DNA of 64,000 nucleotides from Enoplolaimus lenunculus (taxonomy: Eukaryota): assembly GCA_030248215.1 (NCBI GenBank), contig JASANG010001881.1, positions 372,001 to 436,000 on the forward strand, in the 5' to 3' direction. Each line of letters starts with the position of its first letter. The first letter of the stretch is position 1. Below are positions 1 through 13,000 of this stretch, in pieces. The notes under the pieces were generated by a model. The model had not been told where the DNA came from, searched no databases, and worked only from the letters and a program-made list of their open reading frames with translations. A program made the position numbers and the translations under genes.

Positions 1-1380
1 CCAAGAAGGTGAAACGCAAACCAATTGCAATCGAGCCAGCGATGGCACAATCGGACCCATCTGACGTCTGCCCGCGGCAAACTCGAGACTACATCGACCA
101 ATTAACCAAAACTGAGAAAGACACATCATACTCAAAAACAGGTGTTGCAAGTGGTGCAGTCACTGCGCTTGCCCTGATTGCTGTTTGCAGTGCAATTATT
201 GTACGCGTGCAAGTCACACAGCATGCAAATACAGTTGCAAATCGTTCAGATGCTATTTTAGCGATTAACGTGGGAAATTTAACCTCACTTTGGACTTCGC
301 CGGCATTCATTCGTCAATGGCGTCACTTTACGATGACGTCATCCGCGACGTATCGATGTATGATGTATGCGCTTCGAGGTATCTTCAACTGTGTACAGCA
401 CCTGTCTGTCTCCAATTGGTAATAGGTACGGTGCAACCGGATATTCGTTTCCGGTTTCGGTGCCCGTTTCCGTTATAGAAATAACGGAATTGTGTTGTTT
501 TTTGTTCAAACTAGTTCTAAATCACGTATATACCTGGGATTTTTCATTGCAGATATGCTGCAATTATTCGAAATAAAATATAAATTACGAAATACATCCA
601 CAATCTAAAAAAATTCGATGCATCCGTTATTTTTTCTTTGAAACTTTAGAAAGCCCTGGCCGAAAAATAAAAGCGCCAAAACAGTTCAAAACTATTTCAG
701 TAATTTATTTGCTGTTTCAATAAAAAATACGTATTGGAGGGTGTTCAGGGAGCCGCAGCTCCCTATGAAAAATAACGCAAATTTGACGCAAAAATTTTCG
801 CACTAGAAACTGGTTTTTAAAACAGAAAAGCAAAATATTTTTATGTTTCAAGTGAAAAAATTGCACCTCCCCCCACATTTGCGCGAGTGTGGGGGAAAAC
901 TACAAAACTGCCTCTACGGTAGCACGTAATTTTTCAAACTATCGCAACCTGGTGATGCGGTGCTAAAGGTGCATTTGATATTACAGGCCGCAAACACAAC
1001 GGCGCCGAAACAGATGCGACCGACGAACAACCATTTTGTTGGTTTCCACGGTCGTCAAAATTCACATGGTCCCAATCAGACGCGAGGCGACACCGAGAGG
1101 GAAGTTGTGGGTCGACCACTGATGACGTTATTTGTTCCTACGCTTCAATTGAACCGGTTGAGCGTGAGAACGCGTTCCGGATTGTCTACGGAAAGTCGGC
1201 TGAGTATCGTGCGAACAATCGTGTCGCATGCAGGGTGACGGTAAGAACTGTGTCCTGGTTTGTCAATTTTAAACATAAGATTTTTACGATGTATTTTACA
1301 AGCAAAAACAAGAACGTAGGGCGTTTGACCATGAGTGAAAAGGTTCAGGAATTTGATCTAAGCAAAATAGTCAGTATTGT

Positions 1381-1505
1381 CAGTCAAGGTAGGAACCGGG
1401 ACTTCAGACCTTTTTAACTAAGCAGCTAAAACGCGGGTTACAGGTGGTTTCGAACTGGCGACGTACGGATTTTGAGGCAAGCGCTAACCATTGCGCCACA
1501 CAGCC
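1381..1505 (-). mobile_element. tRNA-derived SINE-like element
   Basis: The minus strand reads GGCTGTGTGGCGCAATGGTTAGCGC...GTCGCCAGTTCGAAACC (A box and B box), but no acceptor or anticodon stem forms. The downstream body matches a second copy at about 13850-13960. Confidence 0.65.
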
Positions 1506-2766
1506 AACCTCTCCAACTACTTTTATCGACGACTATATATGTCACCCGTATGATGCCGGCAAGCATACTATATAGTGTAATGCAGTTGCATATACACACG
1601 GACAAGCATGTCTCACATGCTTACAAGTATAGTGAGTTTGTATTTTTTGAATTACAGTTAAATTTATACTCAAGTACACCATCAGACTCAAATCTTTCTT
1701 CATTTTTAAAATTTCATATTTACTCGCTGTTGGAAGCGAACACTGGCTAAACGGATACTGTAGTGTCTGGAAAACTTTTTGTTTGAAATCCAGTCATCCT
1801 GTGGTATTAACCTCGCATTGGTGTTTTAAAATTTTAAGCCGTTTATTTGTTACAAGCTAATTTGCATAATTGGTTAAACCTAAATTGGCACTTTTTAAGA
1901 TATTCCACTAATTATTCGTGTTACAAGCAAGTTAGCTGATAACTAATTTGCATATTAGCTTAATTGCTTACGTGTTTGAGCTTCGCTCGAAACATGTAGT
2001 CCCATTACCAGAAAAAAAATTAACGAAGATGACACTCTACAAAAACGCTTCGAAGCAAGTATGTTCTGCACAAAAAAGTATATAAAAAGACGTAAGTTGT
2101 GTCTAATCAGCATGCAGCAAATTAAAAATAAATGACAGTCCGTAACCGAATAACAAAGGGGTGCACTATGCAAAGCCAAATAAATATCAGTTATCATGTT
2201 ATTCGATTGGCTACAGCACATTATGTAATCCGCTCATATTTGACAGTAGATTTTAGCGTCAGAATTTGAAACAGCCTTTTTCACCTAAACCCCCATGTTC
2301 TAATGCTTAATGGTCTCTCATTGCTACAGCTTATAACTTTTCGACTTTTTCAACAATTCACCCCACAAAATTTCTCAAATCTCTCTTCCAACTACCCAGC
2401 TAACCAAATAGTTGCTATGGCAAATTGTTCTACGTTTTAGGCACAACCAGATTCACCGTTTAGTTCAACCGACAACGAATACTCGCAACCGAACGTAGAC
2501 AATCGTATAGTTTTATGCAGCAGTCAAGCTGATACTTTAAGCACAGCTACGCCATATGCTTACTACGACTCCGAATACAAGCCACTCAAATGCGAAATTG
2601 TGGGCCAAACGATTATTTCAATTGAACCGCTGAATTGTACGAGACCTTTAGACGACTGTATTTTTAGTCCAAAAGTCAAACAAATTTGCTCTGCTCAACA
2701 ATCGCGATTTATCAGCGCCGAACTGTACGCAGAAGCGTATTGTTCTGAACGATTTATGGGTACGTT

Positions 2767-2904
2767 GGCCCATGTTACTTTTAGGGGCGTCCAGGTTTCT
2801 GCTGGGTGTGTAAAAGAGTAGGTTTAGATTCTAGATTGAATTTTCTTGCTTAGGCTTAGGAATACACTTAGTCTACTGCTACGCCCCTAAAAGTAATATT
2901 GGCC
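2767..2904 (+). mobile_element. Telomere-repeat MITE (GGCC TIR), subfamily 2
   Basis: TIRs GGCCCATGTTACTTTTAGGGGCGT / ACGCCCCTAAAAGTAATATTGGCC. 8-bp TSD GGTACGTT/GGTAAGTT. Internal GCTTAGGCTTAGG. Confidence 0.85.
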
Positions 2905-3438
2905 GGTAAGTTTATACGGATTGTAAGGCTTTTTAAGATCAATATTTTTCGTTGCAGTACAGTTGTGTAATACTTATTGAAACAATTTTTAACAGATAAA
3001 CAAATTGGAAGCTAAAGCTCAATCATTCTTCCTCATTTTGAGACATACAACTGTGTTGCGGAAAGTGTGTAACTGGAATTTGAATTTTTGAATTATGAAG
3101 TTGTGGTGCGATTTTGTGTCGGAAACGAATGTGAGATCTTCTCCGCTTATCCCTTCGGATCTGAATACGTTGGAATACTGCTCAGTAATCTCACTTAGAA
3201 ATGCATCTGAGTCTGTTACTAACGTGTCATCAGACCTTTCGATCGAGCTTAAATGTCTGGCTTACCAGTTCTTACGTTGAAGAGACCTGGCTGTTGCTAA
3301 CGAGGCATTGTTATTTACCTCACTGCTGTAATGAAAGTCTAAGCTAGGTTTAGAAAGGTATATAATATTAAGCAGTGTGAGAAATTTTCGCTTTCTATAT
3401 ATCAAATCAACACAAGTGCGGGTGAAACTTATAAACAA

Positions 3439-3772
3439 CAGGGTACAACCGGAGGTCTGCCTCCGGCTCCGGCACAAAATCGGGCTCCTGCTCCGGTTAT
3501 AACTTTCGCCAGAGGTTCCGGCAATAAATTTTGCATAATTTTGCAAAATTTATCTGTTTAGCGCGTATCGTTTACTTTTGTCACAATTTTCAAGAAAGAA
3601 TTTCCTAAATTTCAAAGAAAATTAGCGTAAAACCAAACAACTTAACAACATATTGCAGATATTGGCTAAAATTAACTAATTAACCATCATTTATACTACA
3701 TAAATCCCCCTCACCTTCGGCTCCGACAAGTTTCGTTGACCTCTGGTATTTTTTATTTCCGGTTGCACCCTG
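3439..3772. mobile_element. hAT-like MITE (CAGGGTGCAACCGG family)
   Basis: TIRs CAGGGTACAACCGG / CCGGTTGCACCCTG and a perfect 8-bp TSD ATAAACAA. Confidence 0.85.
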
Positions 3773-3904
3773 ATAAACAAGTACCGAGAAGTAGGAGTCT
3801 TGTAGACCTCCTTTTAGACTTAGACAAATATTCACTCCTGAACGCTTAGAATTAGGTCCTTTAGTATACGAAACCAAACGCTACGACCATGTACTACACA
3901 TTCT

Positions 3905-4039
3905 GGCACATGTATAGAACAGGGCCGTAACAGTAATATAAGCATATTCCTAAGCCTAAGCAAAAAATAGTCTAAAGCTTAAACTGACTCTATTATAGCC
4001 CCTCCGGCAAACGATCCGGCCCTGTTCTATACATGGGCC
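3905..4039 (-). mobile_element. Telomere-repeat MITE, subfamily 3
   Basis: TIRs GGCACATGTATAGAACAGGGCCG / CGGCCCTGTTCTATACATGGGCC. Internal CCTAAGCCTAAGC. Confidence 0.8.
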
Positions 4040-4440
4040 TATATACTTATAGTGTTGGCGGAGTATCAACAAAATAAATGCGAGTTAAAGTGCAAAACGA
4101 TCACAACAGATATACGTCGAGCCCCAATACCAACTGGTGTGTCATGTGGAAATGGGAAAATTTGCCAAAATTATGACTGCATTTTGCTTAATACGAATCA
4201 AGTTTGAAGAAACTTACCTTAAAGGTTATAAAAACCATGGAATTGAAATATCTTATAGTTAATATCACACACATTCGATTTCCGTTTCTGGAACGAGAGC
4301 AAGGACTGTACCAACTTCACATTTTGCTTATTTCAGTCTTGGATATCGGGTGTAAATCAGAAATTATGGGTCATCCACGTAATACTGTCTACGCTACTGT
4401 AAAAAATTGTCCACACCCCTGGTTTCAAGGGCTGGCAACA

Positions 4441-4870
4441 CACATTTTTCTCACACTTAACTTTACACACTACCTACCTATTTTTTGTCTATCCCTTCCG
4501 CAAAAAACTAATACTCTCCCACCCCCACAAGCATCCCACCCCCCCTACTACACACTCTTACTATACACTTTCAACCTAAAAAAACTCCACCAAATATCAA
4601 AAAACACCCCCCCCCCACATAATATATACAAACCCTCGAACACCCGGGTAACTTCCACCCCCCCCCACGAACGCATACCTTCCCCCCCGCGCCTCCTCTC
4701 TCCCTCACCATAATACAACTCAACCCTCCAACAGACTCTATATAACCCAACAACTAACTAACAAAACTCCCACAAAACTTACTACCAAATAATCATGAGA
4801 TATAATTATACATATACATTCAACTAACAAATATAACATACTATTAATACAATCACCATAATTAAATCAA
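4441..4870. repeat. Strongly G-depleted, C/A-rich low-complexity tract
   Basis: Only about 14 G in about 430 nt on the + strand, with several C runs of 5-10 nt. Confidence 0.8.
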
Positions 4871-5309
4871 GTAATAACAAATTAAGCAACCTCTTCGTAT
4901 ATAAGCATTGTTAGGCAACAGGATGCAACCAGAGGTAAAAAACCGAAGTTCAACGAGTTTTACTGGAACTTGAGGTGAAGCAAAATTTATGTAGTGAAAA
5001 CAATGTTGAATATCTAAATTTAGAGAATATGTTTCAAAGTCAAAAAATCATTTATAATGGTACATCCACGGAATAATATAAGTGCGGATGAAGTGAGTAC
5101 TGGGACGAATCAAAATACATTCGTAAAGAGTTGTCTTCATTATTGTCAAATAATCTGGGGACACATCGCACATTGCAGCCGATATTCCGCCTATATATAA
5201 TATATACGGTATTGCAGCTTTCCGTTGAATTAAATGTTTTCTGTTTTGTATCAAAAAGGTTATACTCAAAAATGTACTTTTTCAAAGCTTAAGTATGCTT
5301 TAAAGTTTT

Positions 5310-5477
5310 GGCCCACGTAAAGATCAGGAGCGGAGAGTTTTTCTGCGGGCTTGAATAGAGTAAGCTTAAAATTTAGACCAATTTTTGCTTGGCTTAAGCT
5401 TAGGAATATGCTCTCTTTAGGTTTAGGAAGAGGAATATGCTTCTAATACTGTTCCGCCCCTGTTCTTTACATTGGCC
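5310..5477 (+). mobile_element. Telomere-repeat MITE (subfamily 1) nested in a partial CTGTAGTGACCC-family element (about 5262-5670)
   Basis: GGCCCACGTAAAGATCAGG...CCCCTGTTCTTTACATTGGCC. The flanks join into the sequence seen uninterrupted at about 28090-28320. Confidence 0.8.
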
Positions 5478-7020
5478 AGAGTTTCGAACTCAAGTGTATT
5501 TGGTCCTAGAGTCATTTATGCACTGCAATCAGGGATAATTGATATTTAGAGACTATAGTTTATGATAAAGGGACTCTATCCGCCTACGTACTCTTATTAG
5601 GGATACGTACCCCTATTGATTGAGACTCAAAATCGGAACCCCCTCTCTTTCCCCCATTATTTGGGTCATCATAAAATTTGGTGCTACAGTTTTCAACTAA
5701 TTTAACACCATACTGTAAGACAATTTGCAAGCCAACAATACTGCTACAACCCAATTTAATTCACACTAGAAAGTAGTTTTAAGTAATAATTCATATTATG
5801 CAAAACTATAGATACAATATATCGATACAACTGTATAAATATAAAGTGCGAACAAATTACCGTCAACCGTTTACTGAAATAACAAATTACCTCAAACACG
5901 TTTGAACTTACTACAAAATTAACCAAATTGTGGACAATTTTCACAGCCTGACGTCAATGCTATTCATATGTCACAGGGTCCATGCTGATTTCGTGAAAAT
6001 TTTTTCCGTTTTCCCTGCTGAAAAACACTATTTTTCCTGTTTGCACTGTTAGCCAATAGCCAGAAACACTTTTATACCACATCGTTAATCAATGCAAGAT
6101 TGCTTGCATTTTTATGCAAAAATCAATCTTTCTTGGCCTTAAAATATATGAAAATAAATTATAGCTAATAAACGGTATATTCAGGCATAATTAGCATGTG
6201 TAAAAAACAATAGCGAAACGCTAGAAGTCCGGTAAGACATATCAAAGAAACTTCAACCTTCATATTCACTAAAACTCGCCGAGTGCTGTTAACGCAGCCA
6301 TGATGACTTCAGTTTCCCGGCTTTCCCTGTTGAGCGGGGACCCTGAAGTCAGTCAATGTCAGTTAGCGTCCACTTCAAAACCAAATTACCCCTGGTGTAG
6401 TCGTTAAACTTTGGAACACCGACATTCAACTTTCTCAGACTTTTCCAGTCTCCATAGATACATCCTCAAACAGAAACCACAATAATTATCACCAAACCCA
6501 GTTTTCACATGTCAAACTTTTCGTGATTATATAATCGCATTCAAGTGAAAAACTACAACTACACAACCGAGATGCGAGCCATAATATTTCTTTAATGCAA
6601 ACAGCAGTCGCGATAAGCGTCGCACTTAACGCATAGTCGTGATTGTACAATTCAGTCCGTGACTGTAGTTTTTCACAGTAAACATTTTTTACAATTTTAC
6701 GATAATTTCTTAAAATACTAACAATAATTATTGTTTACAGATCAGTTTCATTTATTCATTTTCACTCATTTCTTACATCAGTATCGTTTGTAAACGAAAA
6801 TCTAAAACAAAAAAGGTCGTACAGATAGTCGTGTTTGTAAGCACGAGGTTGAATATTGGCTGAACATATTTTAGTCAACCTATTTGGTTGTTGGGTGATG
6901 AGGTTAGAGCTTTTATCTTCTTCAAAAGAAAATTGTGCGCGACTAAATTGAGATTCTACCCAATCATCGTTTGGGCTAAAAACAAAACGAAATTTTATTC
7001 CACACCGACCCAACCACAAC

Positions 7021-10000
7021 TTACATAGCTCGATGTCTGATACGTAAACACTTCGGACATTCTTTGGCGACTTTTTGAATACAATCTCCGTGATGACAAG
7101 ATCCACAATCTAAAAATATAAGCATTTTACACCACAAGGCCCATGAATAACTTACGCTGCGGCGGCTATTTGCATACCTCGTTTTAGATTCAAGGTTAAA
7201 TGGCGGCTAAATTGTATTTAAACGCGCCCTATCCCATGCAGCAAACAACTCCAAAGAACATAAATACTAAGTTTATGCAAGTTGTTAATAAATGATTTTG
7301 TACAAAATTGCCAATGAAACAAAAACACTCAAGTTTCGTACAGATCAATTTTGTTGCAAATTTAGTCTATAACAGTATTTTATTTTACATAATCAGTAAA
7401 AATATACACATTCACACGCACTCACTTGCACAGCGCACAATGTGTTTTTGAAACGGAAATATAATATCGTCTGAATTGTTACAAATTTCGCAAACGAATC
7501 CTTTTGCTTTACAAAGCTGAAGAAAAACAATCGTTTATTTTCAATTCAACCAGATACCGTTTATCAAGAAAACGTGATATTATTACCCCATTATTACCAA
7601 GAGACCATTTTAACAACAAGCCGATATGAATTTTCCTTCAAAATGCTTTGCTAATAATATGATTCGCCAACTATATTATGACACGACAGTAAGGAAGATT
7701 TGCGCTATACTTAAAATGCAGTGCCCTCCCACGCGTCATACCAAAACCATTTTTTGACATTATACTTAATTAGAATGTGTAAGAAATATTTCAAACTAAA
7801 ACAAATACAAAACAGGAAAAAAACGACTACACTTACAACGCAAGCGGTAATGTGACAAAATGCGATATTAAGGGTATTGTTAATATCAGGCATCAAAGTG
7901 CCTTGTTTGATTTGATACAGATCTGACAACGAATAAATTTCGACATCGCCAAGATAGTGTCGAGCCAAACGATTGCTACTAAACAACTCTGATATTCTGA
8001 AAAACAACAACTACACATAATATTACATTCAGAAGTAAGAACAGAATAATTCAAAAGTGACCAGTGGTTCTACAGAAGAGACACGAGTATTTGGCGTTTC
8101 TCCAGATAGCATTCCATAAGTTTCCAGTATGTTGTGTATAGCCGTCTTCACAAATTATTATATCCTTATATAGTAAGCTTTTAATATTATATCATTTATT
8201 TTTTAATGTTTTTGCTGTCAAAAACTTAAAAATCAATTGCTATATAGCATATGATATTGTTGTTCCGACGTCACAAACCCAAAAACATAAGTATACTTAG
8301 GGCGAACCTTAATAAATATATGAACAATAAATATAGAAAATTTCGCTCTTTAAATGACTACAGCTCAAAACTGTCCACTGTCATCCCGTCTTTGGCAGTT
8401 TGGCTCATGTTAATTATAAGGAGCTTCCATTAAGTCTACGCCTCCGCTTAAACCTAAGCATAAGTCAAACCGACACAGTCTGCACGGCCCACAGTCTCTC
8501 TGTCTCACAGCTGTCATGACCAAATCACTAACATGAAGACGACCTTCCATGAACGTACCAAAGCAATGGCATAGCCAGGTCTGGGGGTTTAACGCATCAA
8601 AGCACTCCTTTGGGATTTTTGTACGGGGTTTTAGACACGATTTCAGTTTATAGCATAACAACCCCCTTCGAAGTTTCATTGGAACTTTACCTCCTATCTA
8701 AAATCCTGGCTATGCCAATGTACCAAAGACGCCCCAACAAATAAGCTACACTTACGTTCCATGAGGAGTAACAACGTTGGCAGCTATACGACAGGTTCGA
8801 ATATAATCCCACATCAAACACAGCCTACGACGCATTTCGCGAACTTGACTTAACGCTTTAGCCTTAAATCAGAAAGATACCAGAAAGGTGACGGACTCAA
8901 TGTATGAACTCATAGCAAACATTTCACTCTTCATGATAACAATTAATGCTGCCGGCTGGAAAGGCTAATGTTTTTAAATTAATGAAAAAATGTTATATAA
9001 ACGCAAAAGTTTTTATGGTACGCCTGTTAGAACCACTACGCCGCCAATTAAAGACACGATCATGAACAAATTTACAAATATGAGTTGAAAAACAAAAGTT
9101 TATTCCGGAAAATTTCTATTCTTATACTAAAAGATACGGCTCCACTTACCATTTTATATATCGCCGGATTAATGGCAGACAAGTTGTACAACGGCATACT
9201 CCAGTAATCGTTCAGAAATTTCCAAGCGAAATCTAAAATAAAAAATCTTTAATTAAGCGTAAACTATTCTGCTACATTCAATACAGCACCTTTACATATC
9301 TGCGCATTTTTAAATCGATATCAATTTAATATCAACCGCGTAAAACTTCAGATCTAAACGATTGGCTCATGTTCAATTCTAAATTACCTGACACTGGATA
9401 CATTTTGAAATCCCACTGATGCAAAACCCGCGCAGGTACAATAGCTGATTTTCCGCCATGGCAACACTGGCACATCCATCTGCCCAAATAATCGCAGTAA
9501 ACAATTCGCTTCAAATACGCTGAAATGTTGCAAAATAAAAACCGTCTGCCAATCTTATGTGACGCTACCACCATCAAAGTTGCCGACCCTGCGGCACTTA
9601 AAGCAGACGCCATAAAAACAATCCATCACTTTGACTAGTGTCAGTTTCATTAGCGAACGAATATGTTAAAATATCAGACGTTTTGCCAGTAATAACCGGT
9701 GACGGACGGCAAAATATTCCCACAAAAATGATAGTTTAGCACTGAATGAAGTTTTATTTGCAGGCTTTAACGGCTCAAACCAACAAACAAAAACTTCAAT
9801 AAGCCATTTCTTTTGCAAGCAAACTTACTGCCTTGAAGCTTTGTTCCGCACAGCGCACATTGATGCTGCTGCATGAGCAATAAATCTTTTTTCCTACAAA
9901 CAAAAATAATACAGACAAAATGTTACCAGGACACACATGTCACATTTTGCAATAAAGCTAAAACTAAATATACCATTTAACATTCCAAAAAACTAAATTT

Positions 10001-13000
10001 TAAAGACTAAAAACCAATTGTTAGTTGCGCGCTATACGAATTAATTTCTACGCTACCATAAAATTCGTTTCCTTAAAAATTTCAGCCCTCATGAACTGTT
10101 ACAAATTTTACTATCTTCTCGCGTTACTATTCGTCTCCCCCATATCTACACCAAGTCCTTACTTGAGCATAGGGTGCAATCGCAGAATCAGATGTGTTCT
10201 TGGCGGAGCCCAGTTAGATGTTCCTCTGAGTTTAACCTAAAAAGAAATGTCTAATCTGAAATCCACAGTTATAAACAACACAAAACGGGGTAAGATAAAA
10301 CCTAGCGACGGTTTGTACTTCGCAGGAAAGGTACACCAATATTGCTAGAAATATACTGGACGTTTCGGCAATACTCGGACCGTACTCTCAAACAGCCGCC
10401 CTACAACAGAATAACACCCAAAAACTCAAAAATAAAGACAAAGAATGTGGCATCTATTTCATACCTTAGTTTTTACAGAAACAAAAAATGAGTGCGAGTT
10501 TTATAATTACCTTATCCTTTCCAAAGTACACTTCATCGGGAGGAACACAGTACGAATTTGGCAAAGGCAAAACCTGTAAGAAACATTGTATACAGCATAA
10601 CAACTATCCCTCGGACTCAACAGACTAGCCAGCTTTCACTGCATGCGAGTTTAGTAATAAATCTAAATAAAAAATAGTAGAATATTGCTATCACTCTTGC
10701 CATAAAATACAAACCATTCTAATTTTCATTCATCTGTAATCTATTCATATCAAACATTTTGTACAAACCATAAGCAACAGAATCAACGACTCAAAAATCT
10801 TCGCATTAAAAATTAACCAAACTTGCAACTGTAAAAAACAGCAATTTTAAGTTTAGGAAGATTTAAAAGCGCAAAAAATTAAAATCTGGTAAACCACTAA
10901 AGTATAGTAACAAAATATTCTAAATGGTATCTCACCTCTTGCGGCGCTTCATGCTCTGACACCATATAATTAATATCGGCAAGAAACGGCGCAGACTGTT
11001 TAGCAAAATTTGCATACAACGCACGAGCAATAGCTTCGGCAGACTGATCAGTATACGTTGAGCTGAAAATATTAAACAAAAACCTTTCATCACAAAAGCT
11101 AACCTTGTCATAAGGCTCAAACTAATTATTTACTACACGATATATGTTGAGTTGATTTTGGCAATCGAAAGCCCAATTCAACTTTTGAATCGTATTTTCT
11201 CGTCACTTTGCCGCATTGCTGTAAATCCTGCATTTTTACACACGATATTTTAAAAATTTGGGGGAAATATACCTAAATTCTAGACTAACGCTGTTTACTT
11301 ACTTACCTTTCTGTACGTGTTGATCGTTGCCTTGACGAACTAGCTCCCAAACTGGATGAGGTATCTAAAATGGTTACACAATTCATGACTACCACTATTT
11401 TACACGACAGATTTTTCACACATTTTTCGACTCTTTTATAGTTGCGCTGTAGACGAAGAAATTCCAACTAAATCATCAGAACCCCACAGATCAGAGACAC
11501 CCCAAGCCATTACTTTGTATATAGCTAAACAAAGCCTACAATTTTCCAGGGTAGCAAAAAAGACATTTTCTTTCCGGTCCAAATTAATTTTAGACCAATA
11601 ACTATACATACTTTCTAACCATAACCCTACAAAAAAGAGTAACCAATGATTTGCTTAACTACGCCACTGCGAAGCTACGATGTGACCAGATACTAAAAAA
11701 TCAGAACCGAAACCAGATATTTCAATATCCCGCTTGTGCAGGTGTCAGAACTTGATATTAGAGCGTATATCGCGACAAAAATAAAATTTAATCAAGCAGA
11801 TTTAGCATTGCATCATAGCTATAATTTGTTATATCATATTTGTACAAGAGTCTTAACATTTAACTACACTTATCTATACCATTTCGAGCAGTCGACTTTC
11901 ATCCGGAGCCGATGTTGGATATCAGATTGCACCTTGCCACTGAACCCATGTTCGCAATCTAACCTGTAAACGAACCATACGCACTTGACTCAGCGTCCAC
12001 GTCAGATCTCAAACTATCTTGTGTCATCAAAGACACCGCCGTTGTATCAGACGGTGCGACACTGAACGACACAGAGGAACTAGGCGTTTGCACCACAGTC
12101 TCAGACAAATTTTCAACAGAGTTACCGGATGATGACCCCAAACCTGTAGTTGAGGTTGGCTAAAACGACAATGTCACAGAATGCAAACAAAAGGGAGAGT
12201 TTATTAAGCAACAGTAAAAGCGTTGTACACTTGGAAGCAAGAATAACAAATTTCGAAGCTTACTATTCTACAGTTCGAAAACTACAACACTTATCACCAA
12301 CTGGTTACTAGCACTACATACACTTGAGAATATGGGAATAGAACTGACGTTGAGCAAGAATTGATGCGTACAAATGTATCTTAACACGCATTGCGCAGTG
12401 GCAGGGTGCAACCGGAATTTTGGTTCCAGTAGGGAAATCCGGTACTTTTCACTATCCGGTTCCGGTAATAAACCCGGTATTTTTCACTAAAATTTTTCAG
12501 TATTTTCTGTATTGAAAGTTTTTCTATTCAAAAGTTTAAGAAAAATTGGCATATTATCCTAACTTATTTTTCTAAAGTTGTCTGAACGTGTATAATTTAT
12601 CCCAGCAAATGCATTTGTTTCAGGATTTTGGCATTCTAAATGGTGTGTTTACACATAATTTTAATTTTCAATGATGTTCGTGTGTACATAGGAAGAACCA
12701 ATGTCTCATCATTAGTATATAACGGAACGCTTGAGACAATAGCTTCAACCGAGTCTTAAAGATTTAATTCAAATAACTATTTTTCGATTAAAAGCGGTAA
12801 AATAGCTTTAAAATGAATCTTTCCGAAACATGTAGTATTTTTTGTTTTCCGGCTCCGGTTACGGTATTTTATAATTCCGGTTGCATCCTGTATATCAGTT
12901 GTATACACGTCAATTTCTGCAACAGAAACATTATTTCGTGTGGGACAATAACCTCAAGGCGTCAACCAGGCCAGGCCAGAGGATACAAAGCGTCTTACTT

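Noticed and set aside
9..422. 137-aa ORF at the window start
   Set aside because: Non-ATG start, no recognisable family and no supporting splice structure.
1430..1505. Functional tRNA gene
   Set aside because: The D arm and boxes are present, but the acceptor and anticodon stems do not pair, and it continues into a repeated body.
3020..3260. Minus-strand peptide (SDDTLVTDSDAFLSEITEQYSNVF) faintly like a LINE ORF2 segment
   Set aside because: Too short, with no reverse-transcriptase motifs. It cannot be supported without a search.
4204..4713. 169-aa Pro-rich ORF
   Set aside because: It stays open because the G-depleted tract disfavours TAG and TGA stops. No recognisable domain.
11139..11218. 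Additional Rubicon exon
   Set aside because: Its only open frame is incompatible with the upstream phase-2 donor, and the neighbouring exons join directly.
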